A stretch of DNA of 64,000 nt from an uncultured virus (IMG/VR IMGVR_UViG_3300028888_000068) (Duplodnaviria; Heunggongvirae; Uroviricota; Caudoviricetes), in IMG/VR virus record IMGVR_UViG_3300028888_000068; one strand, written 5' to 3'. The notes below the pieces were generated by a model. It saw nothing but the letters and a program-made list of their open reading frames with translations, ran no database searches and was not told where the DNA came from. Made by a program: the position numbers and the translations under genes. This document shows positions 59,808 to 64,000 of the stretch, piece after piece (positions within the stretch are counted from its first letter, which is position 1; each line of letters begins with the position of its first letter).

Positions 59808-60059
59808 ATGAGGCTTAGATTTGCGCTAGTAGAATTTGATAGATTTATTTTTGATAATTTTAAAGATGAAATTCAAGTATATATCAAAAAAGAAGGCACA
59901 GCTTTTTTAGATGTTGAAAAAATTGGAACAAAATATATAGGACGATATCTTTCGGAAGATGGAGTATGGGAAGTTCGGACCCTTTCCAAAGAAGAGTTGT
60001 ATTTGGGTATTCCTATATATTTATCAGAGACTTTTACTAACCTAGTTCCCTATGCTTAA
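59808..60059 (+). CDS. Paralogue-family protein
   Basis: VEFDRFIF...GIPIYLSETFTNL. Confidence 0.65.
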   Translation: MRLRFALVEFDRFIFDNFKDEIQVYIKKEGTAFLDVEKIGTKYIGRYLSEDGVWEVRTLSKEELYLGIPIYLSETFTNLVPYA

Positions 60060-60321
60060 AACAACCCCAGACCCAGGAACAGCAAGGGTAAAGTTTAATT
60101 ATAATCTATATAAAATATTTAAATCAGAAGTTCGTGTTCTTTATTATAAACGAGCTTGGGATGCGTACTGGTGCTACGATATAATTCCATTAGTTAAGAG
60201 TGGAATAACATACAGGGCATATGCAAATAGAGACAATTATAAGTTGGTTATTGATACCAATCTTTATATGTATGTTCCAGATTATTTCTTAGAGCTTTTT
60301 GAAGACCTAGAAGTGACATGA
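60052..60321 (+). CDS. Paralogue-family protein
   Basis: VKFNYNLY...MYVPDYFLELFEDL. Confidence 0.7.
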   Translation: MLKTTPDPGTARVKFNYNLYKIFKSEVRVLYYKRAWDAYWCYDIIPLVKSGITYRAYANRDNYKLVIDTNLYMYVPDYFLELFEDLEVT

Positions 60322-60620
60322 TAGTAGAAGGAATTGCAGTAGAGTTTGATAAGCATATATTCGATACATTTTACACAGAAGATCATCAATGGCCACCTGA
60401 AGTAGAACTATATTCTAAGGATGAAGGAAGACCATTAAGCTGTATCAAAAGAATAGGCTCAAGTTATTTGGCAGTAGAATTAAGATGGGAAAGCGACACT
60501 ATACATACACGACAGCTAGAAGAAAAAGATATTATGATGGTAGTCCCTAGATATCTTATTGATATATTTGATAACTTGAAAATAATTGAAGGTCTTCCCA
60601 TAACTAACTACAGTGTTTAA
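60318..60620 (+). CDS. Paralogue-family protein
   Basis: VEFDKHIF...VVPRYLIDIFDNL. Confidence 0.7.
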   Translation: MIVEGIAVEFDKHIFDTFYTEDHQWPPEVELYSKDEGRPLSCIKRIGSSYLAVELRWESDTIHTRQLEEKDIMMVVPRYLIDIFDNLKIIEGLPITNYSV

Positions 60621-60672
60621 TATATTTTATTTTGCGCCTGAGAAGCCTTCAAATTCTTATATATGTTAAATT

Positions 60673-60744
60673 GCTGGGTTCGTATAACGGTTAGTACCCG
60701 AGATTTTCATTCTCGTAACAGGAGTTCGATTCTCCTACCCAGTA
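60673..60744 (+). tRNA. tRNA-Glu(TTC)
   Basis: Cloverleaf; CGAGA-TTTTCAT-TCTCG; motif at 60656-60665 upstream. Confidence 0.92.
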
Positions 60745-60750
60745 CTACAT

Positions 60751-60823
60751 CGCGGCGTAGAGCAGTTGGTAGCTTGCAAGGCCCATAACCTTGAGGTCGT
60801 CGGTTCAAGTCCGTCCGCCGCTA
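60751..60823 (+). tRNA. tRNA-Met(CAT), initiator-like
   Basis: CAAGG-CCCATAA-CCTTG; C1:T72 mismatch; TTCAA T-loop. Confidence 0.9.
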
Positions 60824-60827
60824 CTAT

Positions 60828-60860
60828 GAAATAGGATTAAAGTCCTATTTCTTTTTTTTT
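60828..60860 (+). terminator. Rho-independent terminator
   Basis: GAAATAGGA/TCCTATTTC stem plus T9. Confidence 0.8.
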
Positions 60861-61107
60861 CTGAAATATATGTTTTTGCCGCTCTTAGGGAGGTAAAATC
60901 TTATATATGAAGTTAAAGATATTATTTATTGAAGCGTAATGCAAATCTATAAATGATATCTTTCTTTTCAAATAGATGTTATCATGTTTTGATAGGGAGG
61001 GGAAGTAAAAGAATAGCTACCTTTGAAAACCCTCCTGATATTAAAATATGAATTGGTATAATATTAAAAACTAGGAAGCTACTAGGATAAAAGAGGCAAT
61101 TAAAACA

Positions 61108-62382
61108 ATGATAACAATTGATGATCTCCCAGAAGAAGGAGGAAATTATGCAAAAACCAAAAAAGAGTGGGAAGAAGTAGATCACCTGTATATTCATTAT
61201 TTTTATAAGATAACCAACAATATTAATAATAAATATTATTACGGTATTCATTCTATCCTAAAAGAAGATCCAAAATCAAATGACCTAGTAAATGATGGCT
61301 ATTGGGGTTCTGGTACTGCTATTCATGAGGCTGAAATAAAATATGGGCTTGAAAATTTTACTAAAACCGTTGAAGCAATTTTTTCTACACGAGCCGAAGT
61401 TAGAATTTATGAAGCAGAAATAGTAACGCAGGAATTAGTAGATGATAGAATGTGTTATAATATGGTTCTAGGAGGATGCGAGAGTCCTATATGGCAAGGA
61501 GGATGGATATTAGTTAATTATAGAGATGAAAGTCTAAGAAAAGAAAAAATGTTCAGTATTCCAACAGAAGAATATCAAAGTAACAAAGACAAATATATAA
61601 CCTCTATGTCGGGGCTTATTTCTGTTAATTATCGAGATCCAGAAAAACGACTTCCTAAATTTTTTACAATAAGTTCTGAAGAATATTACAAAAATAAAGA
61701 CCTATATATAACTTCGTTTTCTGATAAAGTAGCCTATAAGAATAAAGAAAACTGGGAAGACGTTAGGTGGCTTAGCTCTGATGATCCATTAGTATTATCT
61801 GGTCAGTTTATAGGGATAACTAAGGGTCTTAAGCAATCTCAAGAAACTATAAACAAAAAGATAGGAGAGAAAAATGGATCTTATGGTAGTTTTTGGGTTA
61901 CTAATGGAAAAGAAAATAAGAAAATAAGCAATCAAGATATTCCTGAGGGTTGGTGGAAGGGGAGAATTATTGATGAGACAAAAATAAAATACTGTTATAT
62001 AAATATAGAAACCGGCGAACATAAATATTTCTTAAAAACTGAGAATCCTGGACATCCTTGGTTTAAAGATTTTATGGTAGACAAAAATTTAGAAGTAATA
62101 ACCATAACCAGATTAGAGGGATATCTAAAGGATGGAAAAACAAAAAAGGAGTTATCAGAAATTTTTGGTATATGTATAAAGTCGGTGGCCAAACTAGTAA
62201 AATATTATATAGGTCTTGGGAAACTTGATAATAAATATTATATACTTAAAAATTCAGTTCGTCATCAGGCTAGTACTAAGTATATGTTTATTAGAGATAA
62301 AAGTACTGGAAAGGTTCGCAGGGTGTTATCTGAACAAGCCAAAAAGTTCCTAAATAATACAGATGCATTTGAAAAGCTTTAA
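61108..62382 (+). mobile_element. Free-standing GIY-YIG (Seg-like) homing endonuclease gene
   Basis: YFYKITNNINNKYYYGIHS...YWGSG...E...YN; NUMOD-like GEKNGSYG and WVTNG; located inside the tRNA cluster. Confidence 0.85.
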
Positions 62383-62410
62383 ATTCCTTATATTTGAAAA
62401 TCATCTTCGT

Positions 62411-62750
62411 GGCTCGATGGTGAAACTGGTAGAATTGTCTGCCTCTCTATAAAGAAATTTATAGAAGATAGGTCCCCTAAACGGTGAAGACTAAACAGAA
62501 ATGCATGTTAATACCGTGGCAAATCCTGAAAAGGATAGTCCGTAGAGAATATACAGGGACAGCCTAAGGGAAATCTAAGGCTAAGATTGATTCCAGACCA
62601 CAAACAAATACGATAGTAAGAGTTGGAACATCTAACATAATACAAAATTTCATGTATTTGGTAGCGAAAACTATAGTGGTCCAAGACACGAGGGACTTAA
62701 AATCCCTTAGCCCGAAGGGGCTGTGGTGGGTTCGATTCCCCCTCGAGCTA
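62411..62750 (+). tRNA. tRNA-Leu(TAA), intron-split (exons 62411-62430 and 62684-62750)
   Basis: Joined exons give GGCTCGATGGTGAAACTGGT|AGACACGAGGGACTTAAAATCCCT...TCGAGCTA with a long variable arm. Confidence 0.88.
62431..62683 (+). mobile_element. Group I intron (no ORF)
   Basis: P1 GGTAGA/TCTGCC with U.G, P3 GTCCC/GGGAC, P4 ACGGT/ACCGT, P7 GAGAAT/ATTCC, P8 AGCCT/AGGCT, P9.0-like ACCAC/GTGGT. Confidence 0.85.
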
Positions 62751-62767
62751 CAATTCAACACAAAATC

Positions 62768-62851
62768 GGACCGGTGGCGAAATTGGCGAGACGCGCTAGT
62801 CTTAGGAACTAGTACATTGATACACTGTGGGTTCAAATCCCACCCGGTCTA
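62768..62851 (+). tRNA. tRNA-Leu(TAG)
   Basis: GGACCGG/CCGGTCT; CTAGT-CTTAGGA-ACTAG; long variable arm. Confidence 0.9.
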
Positions 62852-62884
62852 CAGACCAACCAACTTAACAAAAAACTATTCATG

Positions 62885-62921
62885 CTGCATACCTTTGGAG
62901 GGGTATGCAGCTGTTTTTTTT
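62885..62921 (+). terminator. Rho-independent terminator
   Basis: GCTGCATACC/GGTATGCAGC stem plus a T-run. Confidence 0.8.
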
Positions 62922-62958
62922 ATTCTTCTTAAATTCTTATTAATAAAGAAAAAAAATT

Positions 62959-63189
62959 ATGCCACGAATTTATAGTAAAGATGTAAAACTGACTAGAACA
63001 CAAAAAAGACGTCTACGATATGTTCTTTGTGATTTTATTTGGGGGGATGACCCTACACTAATTAATATAGAACATGATGCAGACAGTGTTAAGCTCACTA
63101 TTCAGATGTCTAATGCAGACTGGGTTAAAACTATGGGAGAGTCGTGGCCCAAAGAAGATATGAGCATTGAAGTAAAACGCCGTAAGTGA
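62959..63189 (+). CDS. Hypothetical protein
   Basis: ORF following a motif variant at ~62936. Confidence 0.6.
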   Translation: MPRIYSKDVKLTRTQKRRLRYVLCDFIWGDDPTLINIEHDADSVKLTIQMSNADWVKTMGESWPKEDMSIEVKRRK

Positions 63190-63539
63190 TGAGAGTATTT
63201 TGGAATAAAGAGTTTTACGAAAAATACAGTAATGTCTTTAATATTCAAGTCTGGGCTATAAAAGAAATTCCAGAGAGCAACGGATATTATTATAATTACT
63301 ATAACTATGGTGATACTACAACTAGGTCTTATATTGTACTCTTAGACCTCTCTTTTAGTTGGTCAGAATCAGACGGAAAACTTACAGCGCTTAACTGGGA
63401 ATCTGGAATTTATGAACACTTTCCAGTAAATACGGTATATATGGAGCTTCCTGATGAACTTAAAGACATATTTCCAGATCTTGAACCGTGGATAGACTAT
63501 AACTTTTCCATGACATTTTCTTCAACTTCAGATATATAG
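63186..63539 (+). CDS. Paralogue-family protein
   Basis: VFWNKEFY...MELPDELKDIFPDL. Confidence 0.7.
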   Translation: MMRVFWNKEFYEKYSNVFNIQVWAIKEIPESNGYYYNYYNYGDTTTRSYIVLLDLSFSWSESDGKLTALNWESGIYEHFPVNTVYMELPDELKDIFPDLEPWIDYNFSMTFSSTSDI

Positions 63540-63541
63540 TT

Positions 63542-63832
63542 GTGGAAAGAATCAAGTATATATATTGGAACCATGACTTATATAAAACATATAGAGGACT
63601 GTTTGATATTCAAGTATTTTATAAGGATGGTCACTACGCTTTGTTGAGAATACCATCTAATCTCAAACAATCCTATAATGAAAAATATTTTAAGGTAGTG
63701 GATCCTAAGGGAATTAATAGAATATATTTGAGTTCTGAAATAATTCTTGGGGTTCCTGAAGAATTATTTAATCTATTTTCTGATCTTAAGCTTATTGATT
63801 TTTCAATATTGATAATAAAAAACAGTATATGA
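63542..63832 (+). CDS. Paralogue-family protein
   Basis: IYWNHDLY...GVPEELFNLFSDL. Confidence 0.7.
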   Translation: MERIKYIYWNHDLYKTYRGLFDIQVFYKDGHYALLRIPSNLKQSYNEKYFKVVDPKGINRIYLSSEIILGVPEELFNLFSDLKLIDFSILIIKNSI

Positions 63833-64000
63833 GCAAGATAATTGAATTTGACCCTGGACTTCGGAAGGATATTGAATCAGGTAAATACGAAGTACAGACT
63901 AGAAACGGAAGAAAAGTAAATATCATTGACTGGGAATGTAAATGCTATGATAGAAATGATATTGTAGCTAAAGTTTCAAGTGGAAATGGAAAATCTGAGA
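63829..64000 (+). CDS. Hypothetical protein (3' partial)
   Basis: MSKIIEFD...QTRNGRKVNIIDW; runs off the window. Confidence 0.6.
   Translation, partial: MSKIIEFDPGLRKDIESGKYEVQTRNGRKVNIIDWECKCYDRNDIVAKVSSGNGKSE

Noticed and set aside
62564..62975. ORFs overlapping the intron and tRNA-Leu genes
   Set aside because: They overlap well-formed RNA genes and have no endonuclease motifs.
1..64000. Stop-codon reassignment (TAG or TGA) as in some gut phages
   Set aside because: Conserved genes are full length in code 11, TAG and TGA end genes at sensible places, and no suppressor tRNA was seen.

Overview
This window is a 64-kb segment of a large, AT-rich lytic dsDNA phage. The host is probably Bacteroidota: there are no consistent Shine-Dalgarno sites, start regions are A-rich, and several small proteins look like Bacteroidota-phage families. 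The standard genetic code fits. Layout: four tail-fibre-like genes (1-8093, +); a long, mostly minus-strand accessory and replication region (8.1-47 kb) with RlaP-type nucleotidyltransferase, 3D-domain protein, DHH phosphoesterase, tyrosine phosphatase, SLOG, RusA-like resolvase, DnaB-like and SF2 helicases, primase, ThyX, IF-1 and radical SAM; then a mostly plus-strand region with PncA/PncB, a complete ABC transporter operon with an OmpA-fused binding protein, a paralogue array, a GIY-YIG endonuclease and tRNAs. Notable non-coding signals: (1) a group I intron in the D-loop of tRNA-Leu(TAA), apparently ending in A instead of G; (2) a ~355-nt structured RNA with AAAGNUY repeats directly after a coiled-coil gene; (3) about 40 copies of a CCTTATAWATG promoter-like motif, often only 0-3 nt upstream of a start codon; (4) many tiny promoter-to-terminator units whose sequences look antisense to start-codon regions. 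All calls were made by eye, with no database searches.
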